Assembly (NCBI RefSeq): GCF_000619845.1
Contig: NZ_JHUX01000003.1
Location: forward strand, 700,064 to 732,063
Reading direction: 5' to 3'
DNA from: Alkanindiges illinoisensis DSM 15370
GTDB taxonomy: Bacteria > Pseudomonadota > Gammaproteobacteria > Pseudomonadales > Moraxellaceae
Length of the DNA stretch: 32,000 nt
How positions within the stretch are numbered: the first letter of the stretch is position 1; every line of letters starts with the position of its first letter. The notes below the pieces were generated by a model. That model did not search any database and had not been told where the DNA came from. It saw nothing but the letters and a program-made list of their open reading frames with translations. The position numbers were made by a program, and so were the translations under genes. This document shows, in pieces, positions 1 to 9,264 of the stretch.

Positions 1-426
1 TTACCAGGGTTGGCGACGCATAATCAAAGATTGTTTGTGCAAAATAATCTGTTGTGTGTTGACGCACATCAGGCTGGAAGATTAATCAAAACCTGGGTCC
101 GTCAGCAGGCTAGTATTTTTTTACCAGAACAGCTTGATCAACTGGCAATACAGCATCATTTTACTTATCAAGGTTGTCAGGTCAGACATGCCAAAACACG
201 CTGGGGTAGTTGTTCTAGCCAAAAATCCATTAGCTTAAATGCAGCTTTATTGTTGTTACCAGTAGAGCTGGCGAATTACGTCCTGCTGCATGAATTATGT
301 CATACCAGACAGCTCAATCACTCGGCAAGATTCTGGCAGGAAATGTTGAAAGTAGATTCTAGTTATTTGCAGCACCGCCAGCAGCTTAAACAGTTTAAGC
401 TGCCAGCATGGTGGCACGTTAATTAA
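1..426 (+). CDS. YgjP/DUF45-type (M48-like) zinc metallohydrolase, C-terminal part; the 5' end lies outside the window
   Basis: The frame is open from base 1, with no stop upstream of the listed TTG at 10, so the window edge truncates the gene. The translation contains TRWGSCSS, SISLN, LLHELCH (HExxH) and NHSARFW, the signature string of the YgjP/DUF45 family. Confidence 0.75.
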   Translation, partial: LPGLATHNQRLFVQNNLLCVDAHQAGRLIKTWVRQQASIFLPEQLDQLAIQHHFTYQGCQVRHAKTRWGSCSSQKSISLNAALLLLPVELANYVLLHELCHTRQLNHSARFWQEMLKVDSSYLQHRQQLKQFKLPAWWHVN

Positions 427-447
427 CAAGTCTATATCAGTAAAGCA

Positions 448-2199
448 TTATGAAGGCTTGGTAAATACTGGCTTAAAGCCCTGACATACCAGATCTTTAG
501 TATCAAGTTCATTTTCTTTGGGAAATGGCTTTGACCTAATGCTGGTTACAGTACCTGCTGTTGCAGACACAATATTCTGGTTTGTAATTACAATCTGAAT
601 AAATTCTGGCGGATTACGTTCTGCAGAAGCAACATTAATGAGATACTTCTCGGCGTTTGGCTCAAGCCGGATGATGGAATCAGATTCATCGCGGTTAATG
701 CTGCTGCTAAATGTTTTTTGACCATTGGTGAGCTTTATATCGCCATTAAAGTTAATCGTCAGTTGGCATTGATTGTCGCCGGTATAAGTGCCTACCAGAT
801 TTTCAACCTCGTTATAAACACCTAGGATCCCATCTGCATTGGCACCAATCTCGCAATCAATATTTTGAGTTTTCGCAACATAGTCTTTGTCACCAGCTTT
901 TGGATCGCTAAATTCAACTTGATTGCAATTGGAATCCCTGATTTTTTGAACGTCTTTAGTGAGCTTAAGGCTACCTAGCCCAAAAGCATATTTATAATTA
1001 CCAGCACCAAAACTTCTGGGAATAAGGGGAGAAAGAAAACCTTCATTAATGCTTGGATGCTGACCAGTAATGAAGTCGACTGTAGCAAAATAGTCTTTAC
1101 CTTTAGCATCTGGATTGGTCAATGAGGCAAATAACGCTGCCATTGCACCACCCAGTTTGTTTTTATTGTCGTCCGTTTCAGCGCCGCCCAGACGTGTCGC
1201 ATAGCCTTCACGGGCAGCTTTTTGGGTGGTAGCCAATAATGCCTTCAATTCGGTTTTATCAGTACGATTATTAAAAGTAGGGTCAGTATTTACAATTTGC
1301 TGGGGAATAATTGGATTATCCAAAAAGACTGTTCCATTTTTACCATCACCAGCCAGAGTCATGCCATCCAAATTGCCATCGCGCATATCAGCACCTGCAC
1401 GTTTGGCAAATGTTAACAGGGGTGTAGTATCTGATCTATTTTCAATTTGCTGAAGCTTGATATGACCTATGGCATAAAAAATATTCAAATATTCAATAGT
1501 GGTATTGGGTGGATCAATCACATCCTTGGTATCAATGATAAATTTGCTTAAATCATTTAAGCTGTCAATTGCCGGAACCAGCGTTACAGGATTAACCCGG
1601 AATGTACTGTAAACCTCACGATTGGCATAAGCGAGGCTATTCAGGTCAAGCTTGCTAAAGTCTGGTTTGCTCGCATCCAGATTGTTGGCACGTACCAGCG
1701 CGCGTTGGTAAGCAATTTCGGTAAAGGGGCTGACAATTGTTTCGCTCTCTACAGGCAGCATGACAAATACACCATGCAAAGGTGCATTTAGGCTGGCCAT
1801 TTTGCCCAAGGCAGGATCAAAATAAAGGCTTGTATTATCCTTACCTGAAACTTCTGCAATTAAAATACGTCCACCATCCGCATAGGATGCTGTGATATCA
1901 AAACTTACTTCACTGCCATTAGTAATAGTCTTCTGGTCAATTTCCTTACCAGTCGTGGTATCAATGATACTTACCAGTGCATTTTGTAATTGAACAGGCG
2001 AAGTCACCGTTAGCTTATAGGTGGTTTCAGGCGTTGTGGTATCGTCATTGCTGGTTCGTGTAGTTGGCGAATCGCCACCACAGCCAGTAAATAATAAAGC
2101 GGAACTAAGGCCCAAAATAATGGCCTGACTAAGTCTGGTTAAACGGTGTTTTGCTAAGCCATGCTTTACTAAGAAAGAATGAGATGATAACGAGGGCAT
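448..2199 (-). CDS. Large predicted lipoprotein of unknown function (583 aa)
   Basis: The N-terminus has a basic n-region, a hydrophobic core and the lipobox LFTG-C followed by GG. A strong SD (AGGAG) sits 7 nt upstream of the ATG at 2199. The 1.75-kb frame is uninterrupted. I recognise no catalytic motif. Confidence 0.75.
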   Translation of the reverse strand: MPSLSSHSFLVKHGLAKHRLTRLSQAIILGLSSALLFTGCGGDSPTTRTSNDDTTTPETTYKLTVTSPVQLQNALVSIIDTTTGKEIDQKTITNGSEVSFDITASYADGGRILIAEVSGKDNTSLYFDPALGKMASLNAPLHGVFVMLPVESETIVSPFTEIAYQRALVRANNLDASKPDFSKLDLNSLAYANREVYSTFRVNPVTLVPAIDSLNDLSKFIIDTKDVIDPPNTTIEYLNIFYAIGHIKLQQIENRSDTTPLLTFAKRAGADMRDGNLDGMTLAGDGKNGTVFLDNPIIPQQIVNTDPTFNNRTDKTELKALLATTQKAAREGYATRLGGAETDDNKNKLGGAMAALFASLTNPDAKGKDYFATVDFITGQHPSINEGFLSPLIPRSFGAGNYKYAFGLGSLKLTKDVQKIRDSNCNQVEFSDPKAGDKDYVAKTQNIDCEIGANADGILGVYNEVENLVGTYTGDNQCQLTINFNGDIKLTNGQKTFSSSINRDESDSIIRLEPNAEKYLINVASAERNPPEFIQIVITNQNIVSATAGTVTSIRSKPFPKENELDTKDLVCQGFKPVFTKPS

Positions 2200-2284
2200 C
2201 CACGCGCTCCTGAGTTATTGTGTCTTTTGTCCTAGCCGCTATTTAAGAACAAAAAAAGCCCTGCGTCTACAACAATCGGTAGTT

Positions 2285-2313
2285 TTGTCAGGACAATCTT
2301 CCTGTCATACTAT
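2285..2313 (+). promoter_or_regulatory. Candidate sigma70 promoter for argC (TTGTCA - 17 nt - TACTAT)
   Basis: TTGTCA at 2285-2290 and TACTAT at 2308-2313 have an exact 17-nt spacer and lie about 30 nt upstream of the argC SD/ATG. This is sequence pattern only. Confidence 0.35.
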
Positions 2314-2345
2314 ATGCCGATCAGATTTGTATGTGGAGTGATTGA

Positions 2346-3398
2346 ATGATCTCGGTTGGTATTGTGGGTGGAACAGGCTATACAGGTGTTGAACTCGTTC
2401 GGATTTTACTGCGCCACCCGAATGTACAAATCAAGGCACTCACTTCCCGCACTGAGGCTGGTATGCGTGTGGATGCCATGTTTCCCAGTCTGCGTGGACT
2501 TACTGATCTCGAGTTTTCCAATGTGGATCAGGATGTCTTAAACCAGTGTGATGTCGTCTTTTTTGCCACACCCCATGGCGTTGCCATGAAGCAGGCGCGT
2601 GATTTGGTTGATGCTGGTGTAAAAGTGATTGATCTGGCAGCAGATTTTCGCCTGAAAAATACAACAGAATTTGAAAAATGGTATGGTATGCCGCATGCTT
2701 GTCCTGACTTACTGGAAGAGTCGGTTTATGGCTTGCCGGAAATCAATCGTGAGGCCATTAAAACAGCGCGCATTATTGGCAATCCTGGCTGCTATCCCAC
2801 CACGGTGCAATTAGGGCTATTGCCTTTATTAAAAGCACAGGAGCAACTGGTTCAGTTTGATACCCTGATTATTGATGCAAAATCCGGGGTTTCAGGGGCA
2901 GGCCGCAAGGCAGAAACCAGTTTATTGTTTTCAGAATCATCAGACAATTTTAAAGCTTATGGCGTTAAGGGCCATCGTCATCATCCTGAGATTGTGCAGG
3001 GGCTGGATGCCATCAGTCAGCAAAAAGGCTGGTTTGACCGGATGATTTTTGTGCCGCATCTGGTGCCCATGATTCGTGGCATGTTTACTACCATGTACTT
3101 AAAGCTCACTGAGCAGGGCAAGCAGGCCGATCTACAAGCGTTGTTTGAATCAGCTTATGCCACAGAGCCTTTTGTTGATGTAATGCCTGCTGGCAGTCTG
3201 CCGGAAACCCGCTCCGTGCGCGGTGCGAACCAGTTGCGTATTGCCCTGTATCGTCCCAATAATGGTGACACACTGGTTATTCTGGTGGTGCAAGATAATC
3301 TGGTGAAAGGGGCATCTGGGCAGGCTGTACAAAATATGAACCTGATATTCGGCCTGCCTGAAACTACCGGACTTGAAGTTGTGCCTTTACTGCCTTAA
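2346..3398 (+). CDS. argC: N-acetyl-gamma-glutamyl-phosphate reductase
   Basis: N-terminal Rossmann motif [14 protein letters not shown], active-site NPGCYPT, the length (350 aa), and a GGAG SD upstream of the ATG. Confidence 0.95.
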   Translation: MISVGIVGGTGYTGVELVRILLRHPNVQIKALTSRTEAGMRVDAMFPSLRGLTDLEFSNVDQDVLNQCDVVFFATPHGVAMKQARDLVDAGVKVIDLAADFRLKNTTEFEKWYGMPHACPDLLEESVYGLPEINREAIKTARIIGNPGCYPTTVQLGLLPLLKAQEQLVQFDTLIIDAKSGVSGAGRKAETSLLFSESSDNFKAYGVKGHRHHPEIVQGLDAISQQKGWFDRMIFVPHLVPMIRGMFTTMYLKLTEQGKQADLQALFESAYATEPFVDVMPAGSLPETRSVRGANQLRIALYRPNNGDTLVILVVQDNLVKGASGQAVQNMNLIFGLPETTGLEVVPLLP

Positions 3399-3466
3399 AT
3401 ACAGGGCTTTTTGAACATGAGCTTATGAAAAACTTAAGCCATAATGTTTTGAGTAAGTGTAAATTT

Positions 3467-3491
3467 TCCAGTGTGCTGGACTATTTTTTTT
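3467..3491 (+). terminator. Weak candidate intrinsic terminator after argC
   Basis: A 5-bp stem (TCCAG/CTGGA) with a 4-nt loop is followed by CTA and a T8 run. The stem is short, so support is weak. Confidence 0.3.
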
Positions 3492-3585
3492 ACAAACAGG
3501 CATTGATCAGTTATGCATAACACGCTTCAATGCCTGCTGTATTTTTGTTTAACCCTGTTTTTGCTGGACTATTGAGTAACCCAAG

Positions 3586-4344
3586 ATGAGTGATGTAGAG
3601 CAACCTATAACAGCGGAACACAAATCGCCTTCGGGTTTTAAACGGTTTATCCATTCAAATTTACCCATTGTACTGGGTGGCGTCATTGTGGGTGGCGGCA
3701 GTTTGTTACTTGGCTACGCAGTTGGTCACCAGCAGGGTCTTACTGCGGTTGGTTTTGCAGCGGACGCCGAGCAGCTCAACGAAGTGGTTCAGGAACAAAA
3801 GCAGGAAATCAACATCTTAAATAAGACCTTGAACACTACTGTTCAGGAACGTGATGTTGGTTTAACCAATTTAAAGGAAATTACGGAAAGCTACCGCAAG
3901 GAAACCGACCTGCGCGAGCAGGCTGAACAGCAACGGGATATTTATCGTGAAATCCTGCGCCTGCGCGGTGGCGTGGCGTTGACGGTACAAAATATTGATA
4001 TTAAGCCTTTACCTGACCGGGCTTATGAATACCGGCTTGATTTAATGCAGTTGCAGCCCAATAAACGCAGAGCCAGTGGTACAGCCCAGATTCGCCTGAT
4101 CGGGGAAGATAACAATATTCTGGTTGTACCGATGTCTGATAATTCCTACGGCTTTGACAGTTTTCAGCGCTTGACTGGGCGCTGGACCATGCCTTCTGGT
4201 TTTAACCCGGATTTTGTTGAAGTGCGATTGCAGGGTAATGGCAGCCCGGTCATCAAGCGCTATGCGTGGGAGCGTGGTGCGCCTGTTAAAGATATGCCTG
4301 CCATTTTATCTGAAATTCCACAAGCTGAAGCCAATACCGACTAG
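3586..4344 (+). CDS. Membrane-anchored coiled-coil protein of unknown function (252 aa)
   Basis: There is one N-terminal TM segment (LPIVLGGVIVGGGSLLLGYAVG). It is followed by a Q/E/K-rich heptad-like stretch (aa ~60-125) and a C-terminal globular part. I recognise no enzymatic motif. Confidence 0.65.
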   Translation: MSDVEQPITAEHKSPSGFKRFIHSNLPIVLGGVIVGGGSLLLGYAVGHQQGLTAVGFAADAEQLNEVVQEQKQEINILNKTLNTTVQERDVGLTNLKEITESYRKETDLREQAEQQRDIYREILRLRGGVALTVQNIDIKPLPDRAYEYRLDLMQLQPNKRRASGTAQIRLIGEDNNILVVPMSDNSYGFDSFQRLTGRWTMPSGFNPDFVEVRLQGNGSPVIKRYAWERGAPVKDMPAILSEIPQAEANTD

Positions 4345-4397
4345 GCAGCACTTGGCACTGTTATTTTAACTTTACCTGTATATATGAGGTTCAATGA

Positions 4398-4940
4398 ATG
4401 CTGGATGCGCAAAAACTGTTCAGACGCTCATCACGCAGCAAAACTCAGCGAGACGTTTTGCGTAGCGCCAAAGACAAGTTGCGTGCCAAAAATCTGCGTG
4501 ATAGCAAGCAGGCATTTTTACAACAGGGACTGGTTGACTGGCATTTGGCAAGCTGTGAGCAGAAATCCAATCTCAATGTTCATCAGCATTTGATTGTAAA
4601 AGCCATAGATGAAAATGACGATCAGCATCAGGATGGTTCCCAGGATAACCTTGATGTCATGACCGCACCACCCCAGCTAAAAAAGCCCCCTTTTTACGCC
4701 GTGGTCTTGTTTAATGATGACTACACCCCCATGGAGTTTGTAATAGAAATATTACAACTTTATTTTGCTCTTGATCTTGACCGCGCTACCGAGGTAATGC
4801 TAACTGTGCATTATAGAGGTAAAGGGGTTGCAGGCATTTATCCACGGGATATTGCCGAGACCAAGGCACAGCAGGTGAACAACTATGCGCGCTCGCAAGG
4901 CCATCCTTTACTTTGCCAGATCGAGCCGCAACCAGAATAG
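4398..4940 (+). CDS. clpS: ATP-dependent Clp protease adaptor ClpS (start codon uncertain; the conserved core begins around 4659)
   Basis: The C-terminal ~90 aa carry the ClpS core [20 protein letters not shown]...[24 protein letters not shown], immediately upstream of clpA. The ATG at 4398 has a GAGG SD 8 nt upstream. An in-frame ATG at 4659 would give a 93-aa protein. Confidence 0.85.
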   Translation: MLDAQKLFRRSSRSKTQRDVLRSAKDKLRAKNLRDSKQAFLQQGLVDWHLASCEQKSNLNVHQHLIVKAIDENDDQHQDGSQDNLDVMTAPPQLKKPPFYAVVLFNDDYTPMEFVIEILQLYFALDLDRATEVMLTVHYRGKGVAGIYPRDIAETKAQQVNNYARSQGHPLLCQIEPQPE

Positions 4941-4948
4941 AGGTCAAC

Positions 4949-7243
4949 ATGCTCAGTCGTCATCTAGAAGTATCGTTACGCTTGGCCGTCAGTATGGCGC
5001 GCCAAAAACGCCATGAGTTTTTAACGGTAGAGCATCTGCTGCTATCGCTGCTGGAAAATGATTCAGCAGTCAGCGCCCTGAAAGCCTGTGGTGCAGACAT
5101 TGCCAGCCTAAGACGCGAGCTAGAAGATTACGTTGAGCAACACACGCCAAAACTTGGCGAAAATAATGATCAGGCGCCACATCCAACCGAAAGCTTTGAT
5201 CGTATTTTGCAACGCGCTATTTTTCATGTGCAGTCTTCCGGTGGTGGTGACCGCCCGGTTGAAGGCGCAGATGTGCTGGTCGCCATGTATTCCGAACGCG
5301 ACAGCTTTGCCGTTTATTTACTGAAAAAACAGCAGATCAACCGTCTTGATCTTACGCAGTACCTTTCACATGGTACGCGTAAAGACGAAGAAATGAACAT
5401 CAATGAAGAAGAATTGTCTGATGATGAAGGCAAAGAAGAGGTTGAAGAGGGCGGTATTAAGCGTGCTCAGGGACCACTTGAGCTTTATGCAGTTAACCTG
5501 AACAAGGAAGCGCAAAAAGGCCGTACTGATCCCTTAATTGGCCGTGAAAAAGAAATTGAGCGCACTGCCCAGATTCTATGCCGTCGTCGCAAGAACAATC
5601 CACTGCTGGTGGGTGATCCAGGTGTGGGCAAAACATCCATTGCAGAAGGGCTGGCCTGGTTAATTGTTAACCAGAAAGCACCTGAGCCTTTGCATGATGC
5701 AGAAATTTTCAGCCTTGATATCGGTGCACTGGTTGCAGGCACCAAATATCGGGGGGATTTTGAAAAACGCATCAAACAACTGCTGGTGGCGTTAAAGAAA
5801 AAACCCAATGCCATTTTGTTCATTGATGAAATTCATATGATTATTGGTGCAGGTTCCAGTATGGGCAGCACCATGGATGCATCCAATCTCATCAAACCTG
5901 CACTGGCCAACGGTAGTCTACGTTGCATTGGTTCTACCACCTACACCGAATATCGCTCTGTGTTTGAAAAAGACCATGCGCTGTCACGTCGTTTCCAGAA
6001 AATTGATGTGAACGAACCGAGCGTGCAGGACACTATTGAAATCCTGCATGGCTTGCGTAGCCGCTTTGAAGAGTTTCATGGCGTAACTTACACTGATGCA
6101 GCCCTGACGTCAGCGGCTGAACTCTCAGCCAAGCATATTCATGAGCGTTTCTTGCCGGATAAGGCCATTGATGTGATTGATGAAGCAGGTGCCCGTCAGC
6201 GGTTATTGCCAGAAAGCGATAAAGTGATTGCTGTACCGGAAATTGAAGATATCGTGGCACGTATTGCCCGCATTCCGCCCAAGACCGTATCCAAGGATGA
6301 CAAGAGCACGCTTGAGCATCTGGAACGTGACTTGAAACGTGTGGTATTTGGACAGGACGAAGCCATCAGTACACTGGCGTCGGCTATCAAGCTGTCCCGT
6401 GCTGGCTTAAAAGCACCGGAAAAGCCAGTTGGCTGCTTCATGTTTGCTGGCCCAACGGGTGTGGGCAAAACCGAAGTAACCCGTCAGTTGGCGCGCTTAC
6501 TAGGCATTGAACTGGTTCGCTTTGATATGTCTGAATACATGGAACGGCATACCGTATCACGCCTGATTGGTGCACCTCCGGGATATGTAGGTTTTGATCA
6601 GGGTGGCTTGCTCACCGATGCAATTAACAAGCAACCGCATTGTGTATTGCTGCTGGATGAAATTGAAAAAGCTCATCCCGATGTGTTTAATATCCTGTTG
6701 CAAGTCATGGATCATGGTACATTGACTGACAACAATGGCCGTAAGAGTGACTTCCGTCATGTGATTCTGGTGATGACCACCAACATTGGTGCAGAAAGTA
6801 TTGCCCGTGCCAGCATTGGCTTTACCCTGCAGGATCATAGCAATGACAACAAGGAAGCCATGAAGCGGGCATTCTCGCCAGAATTCCGTAACCGTCTGGA
6901 TGGTATTATTCAGTTTAAACCACTGCCAGCAAGCATTATCGACTCTGTGGTTGACAAGTTCCTGATCGAACTTCAGGCGCAGCTTGATGACAAGAAAGTG
7001 GTGCTTGAAGTGGATGATGATGCCAGAAAATGGCTGGGTGAGCGGGGTTACGACCAGTACATGGGTGCGCGTCCAATGCAGCGCCTGATTCAGGATGAGC
7101 TGAAAAAACCACTGGCTGAAATGATCCTGTTTGGTTCACTGGCTGAAAATGGTGGTTTTGTGCATGTGTCAGTTGGTGACAAAAAAGATGGCGAAACTGG
7201 CCTGATTCTGGAAGTGGAAGACCAGACTGCTGAGCCTGCATAA
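4949..7243 (+). CDS. clpA: ATP-dependent Clp protease ATP-binding subunit ClpA
   Basis: N-terminus MLSRHLEVSLRLAVSMARQKRHEFLTVEHLLLSLL, two Walker A motifs (GDPGVGKTS and GPTGVGKTE), and GARPMQRLIQ near the C-terminus. I prefer the ATG at 4949 (GAGG SD 5 nt upstream) over the listed ORF start at 4913, which would overlap clpS. Confidence 0.95.
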   Translation: MLSRHLEVSLRLAVSMARQKRHEFLTVEHLLLSLLENDSAVSALKACGADIASLRRELEDYVEQHTPKLGENNDQAPHPTESFDRILQRAIFHVQSSGGGDRPVEGADVLVAMYSERDSFAVYLLKKQQINRLDLTQYLSHGTRKDEEMNINEEELSDDEGKEEVEEGGIKRAQGPLELYAVNLNKEAQKGRTDPLIGREKEIERTAQILCRRRKNNPLLVGDPGVGKTSIAEGLAWLIVNQKAPEPLHDAEIFSLDIGALVAGTKYRGDFEKRIKQLLVALKKKPNAILFIDEIHMIIGAGSSMGSTMDASNLIKPALANGSLRCIGSTTYTEYRSVFEKDHALSRRFQKIDVNEPSVQDTIEILHGLRSRFEEFHGVTYTDAALTSAAELSAKHIHERFLPDKAIDVIDEAGARQRLLPESDKVIAVPEIEDIVARIARIPPKTVSKDDKSTLEHLERDLKRVVFGQDEAISTLASAIKLSRAGLKAPEKPVGCFMFAGPTGVGKTEVTRQLARLLGIELVRFDMSEYMERHTVSRLIGAPPGYVGFDQGGLLTDAINKQPHCVLLLDEIEKAHPDVFNILLQVMDHGTLTDNNGRKSDFRHVILVMTTNIGAESIARASIGFTLQDHSNDNKEAMKRAFSPEFRNRLDGIIQFKPLPASIIDSVVDKFLIELQAQLDDKKVVLEVDDDARKWLGERGYDQYMGARPMQRLIQDELKKPLAEMILFGSLAENGGFVHVSVGDKKDGETGLILEVEDQTAEPA

Positions 7244-7253
7244 TCTTGTCCGG

Positions 7254-7283
7254 TAAAAAAGCCAGCACTATGCTGGCTTTTTT
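7254..7283 (+). terminator. Rho-independent terminator of clpS-clpA
   Basis: AAAAAAGCCAGCA-CTA-TGCTGGCTTTTTT: a perfect 8-bp GC-rich stem with a 3-nt loop and a T6 tail, 11 nt after the clpA stop. Confidence 0.85.
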
Positions 7284-7314
7284 ATATGTTAATTTTCATG
7301 AGTGACAAAACTGC

Positions 7315-7650
7315 ATGTTGATTTTAAAAACTTTTGGTTTGTATATCCTGACTGCACTGGCAGAAATTATAGGCTGCTATTTGCCTTATCTGGTGATTAA
7401 GCAAAATAAGTCTGTTTATTTACTCATTCCGGCAATACTGAGCTTAATAACCTTTGTCTGGTTACTAAGCTTGCATCCAGCGGCGGCGGGGCGAGTGTAT
7501 GCGGCTTATGGTGGGGTTTATATTGTAGTGGCGTTTTGCTGGTTATTTCTGGTAGATCGTGTCAATCTAACAGTATGGGATATTACAGGCGCGCTAATTA
7601 TTACGTTAGGTGCTGCTGTCATCATGCTACAACCTGATTTTTCAACGTAG
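7315..7650 (+). CDS. ynfA: YnfA family (UPF0060) small inner-membrane protein
   Basis: 111 aa with four hydrophobic segments. [14 protein letters not shown] and [21 protein letters not shown] match the E. coli YnfA pattern as I remember it. Confidence 0.85.
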   Translation: MLILKTFGLYILTALAEIIGCYLPYLVIKQNKSVYLLIPAILSLITFVWLLSLHPAAAGRVYAAYGGVYIVVAFCWLFLVDRVNLTVWDITGALIITLGAAVIMLQPDFST

Positions 7651-7743
7651 TGTAGGCAATTATTAATTTAATGCATTGTTTTAGATAAAGTTAAGCTGAT
7701 AAGCTATAAATTAGCTAACTATGATAAAAATGGATTAAATCAG

Positions 7744-8223
7744 ATGAACAAGGATGTAGTACAGGATAAACTGATTAAGGTAGTGCTGGTACAAGAATAT
7801 GAAGATAGTGACGAGGTAGATACAGAATCACCGTGGGCGCTGAATCTGGGAAATGATCAGTATCAACTTAAAAATTTTCCATTCTTTTTTTATGGGCTAT
7901 CTTATGACGATATTTTTGAGGCCAAGCCTTCGGCTGAATATGAGGATGATCCACGGCCTTATTTTACCCGAGTTATTGAAAAATCTGGCCACCGAACAGT
8001 TCGCATTTTCTTAAAAAATTCGATTCAGGATTCGGATGAGGCAACGCAGCTACTGGATCGGCTTAAGGCACTCAATTGTGGTTATGAGGGCAATGGCAGA
8101 ACATTTTTTGTGGTGAATATTCAACCGCATTGTGACTTTGAAGCAGCCATCAACCTAATTGAAAACAGTGCAGAAGTTGAAATGTGGGAAATGGCTGACC
8201 CTGTTGATGAGGATACTGATTGA
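7744..8223 (+). CDS. Acidic DUF4265-like protein of unknown function (159 aa)
   Basis: The pattern ESPWALNLGNDQYQLKNFPFFFYGLSYDDIFEA ... RVIEKSGHRTVRIF ... VEMWEMAD fits my recollection of the DUF4265 family (W-x-N/P-F-x-GxSxxD ... SGH). This is not verified by HMM. Confidence 0.55.
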   Translation: MNKDVVQDKLIKVVLVQEYEDSDEVDTESPWALNLGNDQYQLKNFPFFFYGLSYDDIFEAKPSAEYEDDPRPYFTRVIEKSGHRTVRIFLKNSIQDSDEATQLLDRLKALNCGYEGNGRTFFVVNIQPHCDFEAAINLIENSAEVEMWEMADPVDEDTD

Positions 8224-8250
8224 TTTACTTCAAATGATAATGATAAAAAA

Positions 8251-8288
8251 AGCGCGGCCTGCTTAAACCAGTGAAGCCACGCTTTTTT
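8251..8288. terminator. Imperfect hairpin flanked by an A-run and a T-run; likely the yebC terminator, possibly bidirectional
   Basis: The sequence is A7-GCGCGGC...GCCACGC-T6. The single mismatch becomes a G-U wobble in the minus-strand transcript. The hairpin sits between the convergent 7744-8223 (+) and yebC (-) genes. Confidence 0.5.
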
Positions 8289-8305
8289 ATGGCTAATGCC
8301 TGATG

Positions 8306-9055
8306 CTATGCATCCAGTGCGGCCATTGCTTCATCAGAAATATTGGCATTGGTATAGACGTTTTGCACGTCATCCAGTTCTTCCAGCATGTCAATCATCT
8401 TGACAATTTGCTTGGCCATGTCAGGGTCAGTAATGTCGGCTTGTGTAGATGGATGCATGGTTACTTCGGCATTGTCAGACTTTAGACCTGCGTTCGTTAA
8501 GGCATCCTGTACGTCACCAAAACTTTCTGGCGTAGTAATCACCAGAATTCCATCATCGCTCACGTCAATGTCCTCTGCACCGGCTTCCAGCGCCACTTCC
8601 ATGATTTTATCTTCCAGCGCCACATCGTCAAAACGGATTTCACCACGCTTGGTAAATAGATAGGCCACTGAACCAGACGTTCCTAGATTACCGCCAGTTT
8701 TGGTAAAGCAGTGACGCACGTCTGGCACAGTTCGGTTGATATTGTCGGTCATGGTTTCAACCAGCACGGCCACACCGCCAACGCCATAACCCTCATAGGT
8801 AATTTCCTTGAGGTTGTCGGCGTCTTCATTGCCATTACCACGCTGAATGGCGCGGTTAATGGTGTCGCGGGTCATGTTCACGGACAGGGCTTTTTCCACC
8901 ACGGCACGCAGACGCGGGTTTTTGGCTGGATCAGGATCGCCTTGCTTGGCTGCGCTCACCAGTTCACGAATATATTTGGTAAACAGTTTTCCGCGTGAGG
9001 CATCGACACGTGCCTTGCGGTGTTTAATGTTGGCCCATTTGGAATGTCCAGCCAT
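8306..9055 (-). CDS. yebC: YebC/PmpR-family DNA-binding transcriptional regulator
   Basis: N-terminus [15 protein letters not shown], the length (249 aa), and an AGGAG SD upstream of the start. Confidence 0.93.
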   Translation of the reverse strand: MAGHSKWANIKHRKARVDASRGKLFTKYIRELVSAAKQGDPDPAKNPRLRAVVEKALSVNMTRDTINRAIQRGNGNEDADNLKEITYEGYGVGGVAVLVETMTDNINRTVPDVRHCFTKTGGNLGTSGSVAYLFTKRGEIRFDDVALEDKIMEVALEAGAEDIDVSDDGILVITTPESFGDVQDALTNAGLKSDNAEVTMHPSTQADITDPDMAKQIVKMIDMLEELDDVQNVYTNANISDEAMAALDA

Positions 9056-9264
9056 GGTTGAGCTCCTGAAATTTCGACAAGCAATACTTAAAAGCGCAAA
9101 TGCGTTTTTGGGTTTAAGCTGATTTAATTGGAAAAAATGAAAAGTGTAATCATGGATACAAGTTTAGCATAGGCGCAATTTGGTCGGGAATTGCAATTGC
9201 AGCACAACTGCAAAATTTACCAGCACAACATTCAGTCAGTTCTTGCAGAATTTCTATAATGTTT

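Noticed and set aside
4384-4593. A 69-codon ORF overlapping the clpS upstream region in another frame.
   Set aside because: The product is Cys-rich with no motif. It competes with the in-frame ClpS extension and has no better translation signals.
4913-4948. The listed clpA ORF start at 4913, which overlaps clpS by 28 nt.
   Set aside because: The ATG at 4949 gives the canonical ClpA N-terminus (MLSRHLEVSL...) and has a GAGG SD. The upstream 12 codons ([12 protein letters not shown]) are not ClpA-like.
8303-9122. + strand ORFs (8303-8485, 8388-8663, 8711-8998, 8847-9122) antisense to yebC.
   Set aside because: They lie entirely within the highly conserved yebC frame on the other strand and have no independent signals.
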